Shown piece by piece: positions 1 to 10,003 of a stretch of 64,000 bases of DNA (its first letter is position 1; every line of letters begins with the position of its first letter). Under the pieces are notes generated by a model. It searched no databases. It was not told the origin of the DNA and was given only the letters and a program-made list of their open reading frames with translations. The translations under genes and the position numbers were made by a program. This DNA is from Planctomycetota bacterium (GTDB taxonomy: Bacteria > Planctomycetota > PLA2 > JAEUHO01): contig CBDCWP010000042.1 of NCBI GenBank assembly GCA_965223505.1, forward strand, positions 64,001 to 128,000, in the 5' to 3' direction.

Positions 1-1
1 C

Positions 2-1267
2 GACGGCCTGGGCCTGCTCGAGATCCTGCCGATGGGCGCCGTCTTCTGCGTCATCTGCCTCCTGTATCTCGTGTTCGTCGGCCCGAAACTGCTCCCGGAG
101 CGCAAGGCCTACGCGACCGCCATCACGCCCGGCGGCACGCGTCAATTCCTCACCGAGGTCGTCATCGAGCCGGGCTCGCGCCTCGTCGGCAAGACCCTCG
201 CCGAGCTCGGCGACCTGACCAAACGCATGCGACTCCTCGAGCTGGTCCGTGGCGAGGAAACCCACTGGCCCCCCTTCCACAAGAAGCCCCTGCAGGAAAA
301 CGACCTGCTCCTGGTGAAGGGCAGTCCCGACGAGATCGTCAATCTGCTGCAACAGCCCGGCGTCGCGGGCCCGCAGGACCACAGCACGGGCGAACGCGTC
401 ACCGGCGTCGACATGGCGCTGGCCGAGGTGATGGTCCCACCCGGCTCGAAGCTGGAAGACGCCACCGTCGGCGAAGCCGGCTTGCGCGACACCTACGGAG
501 TCGTCGTGATCGCGGTGCTGCGCAAGGGCGAACACCTGCGCAAGAACCTGTCTTCGGTCCTGCTGCGCGTGGGCGACATCCTGCTCGTCCAAGGCGGTGT
601 GAAGGCGATCGACCGACTCGCGCACCAGGAGGGCAACCTCATCTTGCTCGGCGGCAGCGTGCCCGAGGCGCCGCAGCGGGCGAAGGCGCCGCTCGCCATG
701 CTGGTCGGCGCATCCGCGCTGGTCGCGTCGGCGCTGAATCTCGTGCCGCTCTCCATGGCCGTGCTGCTCGCCGCCGTCTGCCTCGTCGTCGGCGGTTGTC
801 TGAACAGCACCCAGGCGTACCGCTCGATCAACCTGCGCATCATCGTCGTGCTCGGCTGCATGCTGGGCCTGGGCACGGCGGTCCAGAAGACGGGCCTGGC
901 GACCGACGTCGCGCACGGCCTCGTGGTCCTGGGCGGCGACTTCGGCGCGATCGGCGTCCTGGCGATGATCTACCTGGCGACGCTGATCGTGACGGAGCTC
1001 GTCACCAACGTCGCGACGGCCGGCATCATGATCCCGATCGCCCTTTCGACGGCGAAGGAGCTGCACGTCTCGCCGACGCCGTTCGTCTTCGCGATCGCCT
1101 TGGCGGCGTCGTGTTCGTTCCTCACGCCGGTCGGATACCAGACGAACCTGCTCGTCTACGGCCCGGGCGGCTACCGCCTCCAGGACTATCTCCGTCTGGG
1201 ATCTCCGCTCTCGCTGCTGCTCTGGGTCACCGCGATTCTGCTGCTTCCGGTGGTGTTCCCGTTCTGA
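2..1267 (+). CDS. SLC13/CitT-like permease with TrkA-C (RCK_C) domains, 5'-truncated by window edge
   Basis: Two TrkA-C-like repeats (EVVIEPGSRLVGKTL, EVMVPPGSKLEDATV); C-terminal TM block with SFLTPVGYQTNLLVYGPGGY; frame open to position 2. Confidence 0.9.
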   Translation, partial: DGLGLLEILPMGAVFCVICLLYLVFVGPKLLPERKAYATAITPGGTRQFLTEVVIEPGSRLVGKTLAELGDLTKRMRLLELVRGEETHWPPFHKKPLQENDLLLVKGSPDEIVNLLQQPGVAGPQDHSTGERVTGVDMALAEVMVPPGSKLEDATVGEAGLRDTYGVVVIAVLRKGEHLRKNLSSVLLRVGDILLVQGGVKAIDRLAHQEGNLILLGGSVPEAPQRAKAPLAMLVGASALVASALNLVPLSMAVLLAAVCLVVGGCLNSTQAYRSINLRIIVVLGCMLGLGTAVQKTGLATDVAHGLVVLGGDFGAIGVLAMIYLATLIVTELVTNVATAGIMIPIALSTAKELHVSPTPFVFAIALAASCSFLTPVGYQTNLLVYGPGGYRLQDYLRLGSPLSLLLWVTAILLLPVVFPF

Positions 1268-2303
1268 ACACCAGCGGCACGTCGCGGGTCGCTCTGCGCG
1301 CCTGCGCGACGTGGGCCACGATCACGAGGAACGCGACGCCGCACGTCGCCGCGAGTCCAAGCCGGTTCGAAACCAAGATCACGGCGACGGCCGTCAGCGA
1401 CAGCAGGCCGTAGCGAAGCGCGACGGCAACGTGCGAGGCGCCGGCCTTCGTCAATCGTTGGTGGAGGTGGTTGTTGTGCGCCTGCGTCAACGACACGCCG
1501 TTGCGGAGCTTGTCCCACAGGCCGCCGGCGACGTCGCCGACGCAGATCAACAGCGGCGCACTGGCCAGCGCCCACGGCAACGAGGCCGGTTGCACGCTTC
1601 CGCCCTGGTACCGCAGCGCGAGCGTCGCGGCGAGAAAACCCAGTACGTGCGTCGCAGCGTCGCCCGGGAACACCCGCGCCGGGCTGACGTTCCAGAACGC
1701 CATGCCGGTGAGCGCGGCCGCGGTGACCGCATAGAGCCCTCCGCTCGACGGCCCCGTGCCGCCCCCCGCGCCGACGCCCAACAGCACGACGCAAACGCTC
1801 GCGGTGATCAGATCGATCCCGTCCATGAAGTTGATCAACGTCACGACGGCGAAGATCCACAGCCACGTCATGAAGGGCGTCGCCTCCACGCCGAAGTCCA
1901 ACGCGCCGAACGGACCGATCGCGTCACCGGACCATTCGAGACCCAGGAAGACCGGTATCGCCGCCACCACCGCCTGTGCGCCGAACTTGGCGCGAGTTCG
2001 CAGGAGGCCTCGATCATCCAAGAGGCCGATGAAGAAGAACAACATGCAGGGGACGAGGTAGGCGTCCCACGGCACGCAATCCGGTTCCAAGCCCGCCCCG
2101 GCGCCCCGCGCCACGAACGCTCCGGCCAGCAAGCCGACCAACAGCCCTATGCCCCCGACGCGCGGCACGGGTTGGTCATGGCTCTTGCGAGCATCGGGTT
2201 CGTCGACGAGCCCCCAACGACCGGCATACCTGACTGCGATCCCCGTCGCGCCCCACGCGCAGATCAGCGCGCATCCCATGGCTAGCGCGATCGTGGCCGG
2301 CAT
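1227..2303 (-). CDS. MraY/WecA (GT4) family undecaprenyl-phosphate sugar-1-phosphate transferase
   Basis: DEPDARKSH..PVPRVGG, GLLDD, NFMDGID, FPGDAA motifs; ATG at 2303 with GGAGG RBS; upstream part of the 660-aa ORF is antisense to wzm. Confidence 0.9.
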   Translation of the reverse strand: MPATIALAMGCALICAWGATGIAVRYAGRWGLVDEPDARKSHDQPVPRVGGIGLLVGLLAGAFVARGAGAGLEPDCVPWDAYLVPCMLFFFIGLLDDRGLLRTRAKFGAQAVVAAIPVFLGLEWSGDAIGPFGALDFGVEATPFMTWLWIFAVVTLINFMDGIDLITASVCVVLLGVGAGGGTGPSSGGLYAVTAAALTGMAFWNVSPARVFPGDAATHVLGFLAATLALRYQGGSVQPASLPWALASAPLLICVGDVAGGLWDKLRNGVSLTQAHNNHLHQRLTKAGASHVAVALRYGLLSLTAVAVILVSNRLGLAATCGVAFLVIVAHVAQARRATRDVPLVFRTGTPPEAAESR

Positions 2304-2399
2304 CGAACCTCCTCGTGTTGTTCTACCTGCATGGAAGGTCGCTCCGTCCGTATCCTTCCCCGGAAAGGCACGTGGCGCGGACGGCGTCCAGGACGGTGC

Positions 2400-3230
2400 A
2401 TGACCCGATCGACGGCACAGAGCTACGTGGTGGTGGGCGGACGGCCGGACGCCGGACGCCTGCGCACGTTGTGGCGGTACCGCGGACTGGTCCTGAGCTT
2501 CACGCTGCGGGAGCTGCAAGTCCGCTACCGGCAGGCCGTGCTCGGGTTCGCTTGGGCGATCCTGCAACCGGCGGCCTTGACGCTGGTCAGCACGCTGATC
2601 TTCGTACACGTGCTGAGGCTCGACACGGGAGCGACGCCGTATCACCTCGTCGCGTTCACCGCGCTCGTGCCGTGGGCCTTCTTCCAGACCGCGGTCATGG
2701 GCGCCGTACCGGTGCTCGTCAACAACGCGAACCTCGTGCGCAAGATCTGGTTTCCCCGGGAGGCGCTGCCGCTGGCCACGGTCTTCGCCGTGCTCACCGA
2801 TCTCGGCGCCGGACTCGGCGTGTGGATCGTTCTCCTGCTCTGCCACGGTGTCTCGCTCGGGGCGCCCTTGCTCTGGGTGCCGGTGCTGCTGCTGATCCTC
2901 CTCGTGTTCACCGCGGCGTGCGCGCTGCTCGGCGCCGCCGTCAACGTGCGGTTCCGCGACGTGAAGCATGCGCTCCCGTTGTTGTTGCAGCTCTTGTTCC
3001 TCGCGACGCCGATCGTCTACCCGCTCGCGACCGTCCCGGCTGCCTGGCAGGCGATGTTCGAGCTCAACCCGCTGGTCGCCGTCGTCGAAGGACTGCGCGA
3101 CGTCGGTCTCGACGGCGCGCATCCCGACCCGGCTCGCACGATGATCGGCGCGGGCGTCGCGCTCGTCTGCCTCGTCGCCGCCTACGTCATCTACACGCGC
3201 GTCGACCAACGCTTCGCGGACGTCGTGTGA
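2400..3230 (+). CDS. wzm: ABC-2 type polysaccharide export permease
   Basis: RELQVRYRQAVLGFAWAILQP, KIWFPRE, RFRDV, TPIVYP, RFADVV. Confidence 0.92.
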   Translation: MTRSTAQSYVVVGGRPDAGRLRTLWRYRGLVLSFTLRELQVRYRQAVLGFAWAILQPAALTLVSTLIFVHVLRLDTGATPYHLVAFTALVPWAFFQTAVMGAVPVLVNNANLVRKIWFPREALPLATVFAVLTDLGAGLGVWIVLLLCHGVSLGAPLLWVPVLLLILLVFTAACALLGAAVNVRFRDVKHALPLLLQLLFLATPIVYPLATVPAAWQAMFELNPLVAVVEGLRDVGLDGAHPDPARTMIGAGVALVCLVAAYVIYTRVDQRFADVV

Positions 3231-3979
3231 TGGGCGCCGTCGACGTCAAGGACTGCAGCAAGTCGTACAGGCGCGGCATCGCGGCGTACGGCACCTTTCG
3301 GGACACCCTCGCTCGCATCGCCGGGGCATCGAAACGAAACGGCACGGTCGTCCGCGCACTCGACGACGTGACGGTCGCCGTCGAGCCCGGCGAGATGCTC
3401 GGCATCGTCGGCGACAACGGCGCCGGCAAGAGCACGCTGCTCAAGGTCATCGCCCGAATCACGCCGCCCGATCAGGGTCGCGTGGAAGTGCGAGGCCGGC
3501 TCTCCGCGTTGATCGAGGTCGGCGCGGGGTTTCATCCGGAGCTGACCGCGGCGGAAAACGTGATGCTGCACGGCTCCATTCTCGGTCTCTCGCGCAGCAC
3601 GCTCCGTGCGGCGATGCGCGAGATCGCCGCGTTCGCCGGGCTCGAGGACGGCATGGACACGCCCGTGAAGTTCTTCAGCACGGGCATGTACGCGCGACTG
3701 GGCTTTGCCGTCGCGGTCCACGCGCAACCGGGCGTCCTGCTGGTGGACGAGGTGCTCTCCGTCGGCGACGTGTCGTTTCGCGAAAAGTGCTACGAGCGCA
3801 TCGGCGAGCTGAAGCGGGGCGGCACCGCGATCCTCTTCGTGAGCCACGATCTGCCTGCGGTGTCGTCGCTCACGGACCGGGCCCTGTGGCTGGATCGCGG
3901 CCGGATCGTCGAGCAGGGCGCGGCCGAGCGCGTCGTCGCGGCCTATGCCGCAGGGCGGAAGGGCGTCGAACCGGCCTGA
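3230..3979 (+). CDS. wzt: Polysaccharide ABC transporter ATP-binding subunit (no C-terminal carbohydrate-binding domain)
   Basis: Walker A GDNGAGKST, GAGFHPELT, FSTGMYARLGFAVA, LLVDEVLSVGD; TGATG coupling to wzm. Confidence 0.92.
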   Translation: MGAVDVKDCSKSYRRGIAAYGTFRDTLARIAGASKRNGTVVRALDDVTVAVEPGEMLGIVGDNGAGKSTLLKVIARITPPDQGRVEVRGRLSALIEVGAGFHPELTAAENVMLHGSILGLSRSTLRAAMREIAAFAGLEDGMDTPVKFFSTGMYARLGFAVAVHAQPGVLLVDEVLSVGDVSFREKCYERIGELKRGGTAILFVSHDLPAVSSLTDRALWLDRGRIVEQGAAERVVAAYAAGRKGVEPA

Positions 3980-4073
3980 AACCGGCGCACCCGGACGGGG
4001 TATAAGAGAGCAAGCGGCGTCCCGGGGGTTCGTCTCGGGGACGGTACGGGCACGCCGGCGCGGAGGATCTCGG

Positions 4074-5291
4074 ATGGACGAGCTGCTCGAAGGGCCGTTG
4101 GCCGTCGCCCACCTGCTTCGGCGCGCCGGATTCGGGCCCGATCCCGCGACCTGGGCATCGCTCTCCAAGCTCGAGTACGAAGACGTCGTCGACAAGCTCA
4201 TCGCGGGTCTCGACACGCCCGTCGCGGCGGATCCCGACGGCTTCGACGCCTACGTGCCGGGCGCGATCGGGCAGCTCTGGCTCGAGCGCATGCTCGGCGG
4301 GCGCGGCGTCCTCGCCGAGAAGCTCGCGCTGTTCTGGCACGGCCACTTCGCCACGTCGCAGACGAAGATCAAGGACCCGCAGCTGATGTGGACGCAGTAC
4401 AAGCTGTTCCGCGAGAAGGGTGCCGGTCCGTTCGACGAGCTCGTGCTGGGTGTCGCGAAGGACGTCGCGATGATTCGCTGGCTCGACGGCAACGCGAACC
4501 GCAAGGGTCACGCCAACGAGAACTGGGCGCGCGAGCTGCAAGAGCTCTTCACCCTCGGCATCGGCAACTACACCGAAGAGGACATTCGCGAGATCGCCCG
4601 CGCGTTCACGGGTTGGGGGAGCCGGCACCACGACTTCGTGTTCCGCGCGCAATTCCACGACGACGGGCCCAAGACGTTCCACGGCAAGACCGGCAACTTC
4701 GACGGCGACGACGTCGTCGAGATCATCACCGAGCTGCCGGCGTGCGCGACGTTCATCTGCCGCAAGCTGCTCGTGTTCTTCTCCCATCCCGAGCCGACCG
4801 ATCACGAGGTCGAAGCGCTGGCGAAGGTGATGCGCGAACAGAAGAGCACCAAGGCGGTGCTGCGGGCGATGTTCCTCTCGCCGTCGTTCCGCTCGACGGC
4901 GAACTACCGCGTGCTCGTGCGCAGTCCGGTCGAGTTCTGCATCGGCGGCCTGCTCGCCGCCGGCGTGAAGAGCGTGCCGCCGTGGATCCACGGCGGGCTC
5001 GACCGCATGGGCCAGATTCCGTTCCACCCGCCGTCGGTCAAGGGCTGGACGTCGGGCACCGGGTGGCTGAGCAGCGGCGCTGTGGTCGAGCGCCTCCGCA
5101 TCGCCGACCGGATCGCCGGTTTCACGACGAAGGGGCTGTCCGAAGCCGAGGTCGAAGCCGCCGCGAAGCGCGTCATCGACACCGCCTTCCAGGGCGACGT
5201 CCCCCCCAAGTTGCAGGCCGCGCTTCAGAGCGCGACCGGCAAGGACCGCATCGCCACGGCGCTCGGAAGCCCCGAGTTCCAGTTGTCCTGA
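4074..5291 (+). CDS. DUF1800 family protein
   Basis: HLLRRAGFG, LFWHGHFATS, NENWARELQELFTLG, PPSVKGW, SPEFQL. Confidence 0.9.
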   Translation: MDELLEGPLAVAHLLRRAGFGPDPATWASLSKLEYEDVVDKLIAGLDTPVAADPDGFDAYVPGAIGQLWLERMLGGRGVLAEKLALFWHGHFATSQTKIKDPQLMWTQYKLFREKGAGPFDELVLGVAKDVAMIRWLDGNANRKGHANENWARELQELFTLGIGNYTEEDIREIARAFTGWGSRHHDFVFRAQFHDDGPKTFHGKTGNFDGDDVVEIITELPACATFICRKLLVFFSHPEPTDHEVEALAKVMREQKSTKAVLRAMFLSPSFRSTANYRVLVRSPVEFCIGGLLAAGVKSVPPWIHGGLDRMGQIPFHPPSVKGWTSGTGWLSSGAVVERLRIADRIAGFTTKGLSEAEVEAAAKRVIDTAFQGDVPPKLQAALQSATGKDRIATALGSPEFQLS

Positions 5292-5348
5292 GGTCCGCAG
5301 GAGGCCTCCCCATAGAATTCCCCGCGTAGCCGCGGAAAGGAGTGTTCG

Positions 5349-6512
5349 ATGTTTCTGGATCGCCGCGAATTCATGGCCGCCGTCGCAGCGGGTGGGTCCG
5401 TGCTGGCCCTCCCCCGCCTCGGCTTCGCCGACGAGGCAGGGAAGTCGACGACGGGCAAGACCATCGTGCTGTTGCACCTCAACGGCGGCAACGACGGCCT
5501 GAACACCGTCATCCCCTACAAGGATTCGAACTACCGCCGCCTGCGGCCCGCGCTTGCGATCGACCGCGGCCAGGTGCGCAAGATCTCCGACGACCTCGGC
5601 CTGCACCCGGCCCTACAGGGTCTCGAGACGCAGTTCAAGAAGGACCGGCTCGCCATCGTCAACGGCGTCGGCTATCCGAACCACAACTACAGCCACTTCC
5701 GGTCGACGGAGATCTGGTTCACCGCCGAGCCCGACAAGACGCCGACCTACGGTTGGATGGGCCGCGCCCTCGACACGCGCCCGTCCGAGAAGCCGCTGCG
5801 TGCGGTGGCCCTGCAGAAGGAGCAGCCGCTCAGCCTCGCTTCGGGATCGCCGGGCGTCGTCACGATGACGGACTTCTCCAAGTTCCGCGTGCCGAGCAAT
5901 CTGCAAGGCGTCGCGAAGCTGTACGGCGACTACGCGGCAATGGACGGCGCGCGCAAGGACGTCGGTGACGCCGGCGCCGAGGCGATTCGCGTCGCGAAAC
6001 GGATCGCACGCCTGAAGCCGGCCGGAGGTCCGTTCTACGGACGCATCGGCCAAGACGTTCGGAAGGTCATCGCCCTGCTGCAGGCGGACCTCGGCATCGA
6101 GTGCATTCAGTTCTCGATGGGAGGCTACGACACGCACGCCAACCAGTCGGGCTCGCACAACCAGCTGCTCGCACAGCTCGGCAACAACCTGAACGCGTAC
6201 CAGGATGAGCTCGAGCGGCTCGGCCTGGCGGATCGCGTGGTCACGGTCGTCTTCAGCGAGTTCGGCCGCCGCGTGACCGAGAATCTCTCGGGCGGCACCG
6301 ACCACGGGTCGGCCGGTCCGGTCTTCGTGCTCGGCAAGGGCATCAACGCGGGGTTCCACGGCGCGTATCCGTCGCTGGAGGACCTCGACCGCGAGAACTT
6401 CAAGTACACGACCGACTTCCGCCGCATCTACGCGGCGTTGTTGCAAAACGCGTTCGACCAGGATCCCAAGCCCGTCGTCGGGTCCTTCGAACCTCTGGAG
6501 CTGTTCGCATGA
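5349..6512 (+). CDS. DUF1501 family protein with Tat signal
   Basis: DRREF Tat motif; GGNDGLNTVIP, SHFRS, GGYDTHANQ, SEFGRR, GTDHG. Confidence 0.92.
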   Translation: MFLDRREFMAAVAAGGSVLALPRLGFADEAGKSTTGKTIVLLHLNGGNDGLNTVIPYKDSNYRRLRPALAIDRGQVRKISDDLGLHPALQGLETQFKKDRLAIVNGVGYPNHNYSHFRSTEIWFTAEPDKTPTYGWMGRALDTRPSEKPLRAVALQKEQPLSLASGSPGVVTMTDFSKFRVPSNLQGVAKLYGDYAAMDGARKDVGDAGAEAIRVAKRIARLKPAGGPFYGRIGQDVRKVIALLQADLGIECIQFSMGGYDTHANQSGSHNQLLAQLGNNLNAYQDELERLGLADRVVTVVFSEFGRRVTENLSGGTDHGSAGPVFVLGKGINAGFHGAYPSLEDLDRENFKYTTDFRRIYAALLQNAFDQDPKPVVGSFEPLELFA

Positions 6513-7873
6513 TGCGCACGCACGTCTTCCGTCTGTGTCTCCCGGTTCTCCTTTGCGCGCTCGCGGCGGCAGGCCCCGCGTTCGCGGACGGCGACGCGGC
6601 GCCCGAGCCCAAGGCCGCCCCGGCGGTGAGCTTCGATCCGAAGAACTTCGAGCTTCTGCCGTTGAATGACATCGAGCGCGCGAAGCTCAATCGCGAGCAT
6701 CCGACGATCGTTCAGCGCCTGCAGTATCTCGGCAAGCGCTCCGCGAAGCTCGACAAGCAGTACCAGGACCGCAAGAACAAGCGCGACGACGGATCCAAGA
6801 AGCTCTTGAAGGAGCGCGATCGCGTGCGCGCGCAGGTCGGCAAGCTGATGGCCACGGCGCTGGAGACCCTGGAGCCGTACGGCGTGAATACCCACGTGCT
6901 CGAGCTCATCGAGCAGGCGCCGCAAGGACCCGCGCGCGTCGAGCGCTATGCGCAGCGACTCGTGTTGGCCCTACCGTCGCTCGACGACGTGCAACGCGAG
7001 ATGTTCGAGGAGATCGTCGCTCAGGTCGACGGCGCGTACCTCGCGCTGCAAGCAGAGCGCAATCGACTGGATCTGGCGCTCAAACAGTCCGGCCTCGACC
7101 GCGGTCAGATCAACGCGCTCGTGCGGACGACGGACCAGCAGCGCCGCGTGATCGAGAAGCGCTTCTGGCGCCTGGTGGACTACTGCCTCACGACCGAGCA
7201 GCGCGTGGCCCTCAAGGATCTGCTGCCGACGCGCTACGCCCGCGTCGAGAACGGCATCGAGCACATGTACGGCCTGCCCGGGCTTTCCCCGTCGCAAGGC
7301 ACACGGTTGCGCGCCCTCGTGACGGAGGTGCAGGCCGAGAACGCGCCGGACCAGGCGCTCGTTCGCGCACACGGCGCGGCGTTGAACAAGCGCGACCTCT
7401 CCAAGGAGGAGCGCGCAACGCTCAACCGAGAGCGCGGTGAAGCCTACCGCCGCATGCAAACGCTCAACATCTTCCTGAATGACTCCGTTCGCGAGGTTCT
7501 CACCGAGGAGCAGTACCTCGCCTACAAGGCGATCCCTCCGCGCGTTTCCACCAACGATCGCCGCGAGGCGTTGAACCGCATGCTCCAGGGCATGCCGATC
7601 AGCGCCGCGCAACGCGACGACATCCGCAAGCTGCAGCGCGAGTTCAGCCAGGAGCGCAGGGAGATCAACCAGCGCATGAACGAGATCCGCCGCAAGGGCG
7701 CGGACTACGGACCGGACTCGCCGCAGCAGGGCATGATGCAGATGATGATGGCGGGCGCGCAGGCCGAGTCGCAGGCCGCGATGCGGCGGCTCATCGGGCG
7801 GGTCTTCCTCGACGTCTTCACCCCCGACCAGGTCAGCGGTTGGGTGCTCGGGCTGTACGGCCGGAGGAAGTAG
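6509..7873 (+). CDS. Exported helical protein with repeated LTxxQ (Spy/CpxP-like) motifs
   Basis: Sec signal ending AFA-D; CLTTEQR, VLTEEQY, VFTPDQV; overlaps the DUF1501 stop. Confidence 0.7.
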   Translation: MMRTHVFRLCLPVLLCALAAAGPAFADGDAAPEPKAAPAVSFDPKNFELLPLNDIERAKLNREHPTIVQRLQYLGKRSAKLDKQYQDRKNKRDDGSKKLLKERDRVRAQVGKLMATALETLEPYGVNTHVLELIEQAPQGPARVERYAQRLVLALPSLDDVQREMFEEIVAQVDGAYLALQAERNRLDLALKQSGLDRGQINALVRTTDQQRRVIEKRFWRLVDYCLTTEQRVALKDLLPTRYARVENGIEHMYGLPGLSPSQGTRLRALVTEVQAENAPDQALVRAHGAALNKRDLSKEERATLNRERGEAYRRMQTLNIFLNDSVREVLTEEQYLAYKAIPPRVSTNDRREALNRMLQGMPISAAQRDDIRKLQREFSQERREINQRMNEIRRKGADYGPDSPQQGMMQMMMAGAQAESQAAMRRLIGRVFLDVFTPDQVSGWVLGLYGRRK

Positions 7874-7901
7874 ACCGTTGCGCCCGTGGTAAGAAGCGGG
7901 C

Positions 7902-8909
7902 GTGACGAAGACCGCGCTACGCCGACGTTTCGTGATCGTCGGCGCCGGACTGGCCGGCGCCGCGACGGCGTATCACCTGCGCACGCGCGGCGTGCGCGAC
8001 ATGGTGATCCTCGAGCGCGAGCCCGCCGCGGGCGTCCACTCGTCCGGGCGCAATGCGGCCATCGTGCGCGAATCGATGGAGAAGCCTGCGCTTCAGGCGT
8101 TGGCGTCGGAGAGCGCCGCCGTACTGCGCTCGGGCGTGCTGGCCGACTTTCGTGCGTGCGGCGGTCTGCTGCTGGACGGGCGCGGCGACGACGCAAGCGC
8201 GCACGTACCCGTCGCGGTCGGAACGGGCCGCCATGTGGCCACGGACGGCGTCGTCGACGTGGCCGCGCTGCTGTCCGCGTACCTCGCCGAGGCCGACGTT
8301 CGGTACGGATGCGCACTCGAGCGCTTCGACACCGGCGACCACGGGGGCGTCACGCTGATCACGTCCGACGGCGAGCTACGCGCCGACGTTCTCGTGAACG
8401 CAGCGGGCGCGTGGGCGGGCGACGTCGGGCGCATCGACGTCCAGCCGACGAACCGCCACCTGCACGTGAGCGAGCCCGACCCGGGCGTCGAGCCGACGTG
8501 GCCTTACATCTGGGACTTGGAGCACGAGTACTACCTGCGCCCCGAGTCGGGCGGATGGTTGCTGTGCGCGTGCGACGAGACGCCGGCGGCGCCGGGGGAC
8601 TATGCGTTCGACGACGCGGCCGTCGAGATCCTCGCAGCGAAGCTCGAGGCGCATCAGCCTGGACTTCGCAGCCTGCGCATTGCGAGCAGCTGGGTCGGGC
8701 AGCGCACCTTCGGACCGGACCGATTGCCGATCGTCGGGTTCGACGTGAAGCGACCGGGGCTCTACCACGTCGCCGGCCTGGGCGGCCACGGCGTGACGTT
8801 GTCGTGGTCGGTCGGGCGGCACGCGGCGCGCGAGCTGTTGGGCGAGGCCGAGGCGCACCCGGTGCTGTCGCCGAGCGCCAACGCGCCGTCGTTCGCGGGG
8901 GATCCGTAG
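7902..8909 (+). CDS. FAD-dependent oxidoreductase, DAO/DadA family
   Basis: IVGAGLAG, SSGRNAA, VNAAGAWA, DRLPIVG, GLGGHG. Confidence 0.88.
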   Translation: MTKTALRRRFVIVGAGLAGAATAYHLRTRGVRDMVILEREPAAGVHSSGRNAAIVRESMEKPALQALASESAAVLRSGVLADFRACGGLLLDGRGDDASAHVPVAVGTGRHVATDGVVDVAALLSAYLAEADVRYGCALERFDTGDHGGVTLITSDGELRADVLVNAAGAWAGDVGRIDVQPTNRHLHVSEPDPGVEPTWPYIWDLEHEYYLRPESGGWLLCACDETPAAPGDYAFDDAAVEILAAKLEAHQPGLRSLRIASSWVGQRTFGPDRLPIVGFDVKRPGLYHVAGLGGHGVTLSWSVGRHAARELLGEAEAHPVLSPSANAPSFAGDP

Positions 8910-8959
8910 GGGCGACCCTCGTGGTCGCCCAACTGGGCAGCCACAAGGGCTGCCCCTAC
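8906..8959. repeat. Inverted doublet of GTAG-type REP palindromes
   Basis: GTAG-GGGCGACC-CTCGT-GGTCGCCC, AACT, then GGGCAGCC-ACAAG-GGCTGCCC-CTAC; identical units recur at 22089-22259. Confidence 0.9.
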
Positions 8960-8960
8960 A

Positions 8961-9997
8961 TCTCAGTGCTGAGCACGTTGTTTACACCGCAGCCTGAAGC
9001 CGCTCGAAGGGGGTCTTGCCTCCAAGGCTAGCGTGAGGCTTGCGTCGGTTGTAGTGCTCGAGCCAAGGCCCGAGGGCCTTGGCTCGAGCGCGGCTGCTGC
9101 GGTAGGGCTTCACGTGGGCCCACTTGCGCAGCGTCGTTTGGATGAACCGCTCGGCCTTGCCATTCGTCTGGGGCCGATACGGCCGTGTGCGTACGTGGCG
9201 AGCTCCCAGCTCCTTGAGCGCGGCCTGGAAGGCGAAGCCGCGGTACGACGCGGCGTTGTCCGTCATGACGCGCTCCACGCGCACGCCGTGAACGTGTAGC
9301 CAGTGCGCAACTCGCTGTAGGAAACCCACCGCCGACTCCGCGCGCTCGTTGGGCAAGATCTCTGCGTATGCCAGGCGCGTGTGATCGTCCACGCAAACGT
9401 GCAGGTACTCCCAGCCCAGGCCTCGGTTGCGGCAACGCGGATCCGGGTCCACACGCCTGCCCGGATGCTTGAAGCGCCCCAGTTTCTTCACGTCCAGGTG
9501 GATCAGCTCGCCCGGACGCTCGCGCTCATAGCGCACCACAGGCTCCTTGGGCTCCAGTGCGCTCAGCCGCCCTAGTCCCAGCCGCCGCAAGATGCCACCC
9601 ACGGTGGAAAGCGCCATCCGCAGCCGCGTTGCGATCGCCCAGCCGATCAGCTTCCTGCGGCGTAGCTGCTCGATTCGCCGTACCAATCGCGCCGGCGTTC
9701 GGTTCCACACTCGACTCGGCGCCGAACTGCGATCCGACAGACCCCCTTCGCCCTCTGCCTCGTAGCGCCCAAGCCACTTGTAGGCCGTGCCTCGGCTGAT
9801 TCCCATCGCCTCGGCAGCGTCCGAAACGCGCCATCCTTCCTCCAAAACCCGCTGCACAAGCAGCAGTCGAGTTCGCGGCGTCGTTCGAGCGTTAGAGTGC
9901 AGGTTCATCCTGGGAGCCTCCCGGTGACTTGGGTTGGGTTTCGCAACCCCCAAGTTCCGGGATTCCCGGGATGTCTACAACCTGCTCAGCAATGACA
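8961..9997 (-). mobile_element. IS481-family insertion sequence, 1037 bp
   Basis: Imperfect 26-bp terminal IRs (21/26 match); 6-bp direct repeat CCTACA at 8955-8960 and 9998-10003; single transposase. Confidence 0.93.
8982..9908 (-). CDS. IS481-family DDE transposase
   Basis: MNLHSNARTTP start, HTH, IHLDVKKLG, VDDHTR, VMTDN, PQTNGKAERF. Confidence 0.95.
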   Translation of the reverse strand: MNLHSNARTTPRTRLLLVQRVLEEGWRVSDAAEAMGISRGTAYKWLGRYEAEGEGGLSDRSSAPSRVWNRTPARLVRRIEQLRRRKLIGWAIATRLRMALSTVGGILRRLGLGRLSALEPKEPVVRYERERPGELIHLDVKKLGRFKHPGRRVDPDPRCRNRGLGWEYLHVCVDDHTRLAYAEILPNERAESAVGFLQRVAHWLHVHGVRVERVMTDNAASYRGFAFQAALKELGARHVRTRPYRPQTNGKAERFIQTTLRKWAHVKPYRSSRARAKALGPWLEHYNRRKPHASLGGKTPFERLQAAV

Positions 9998-10003
9998 CCT
10001 ACA

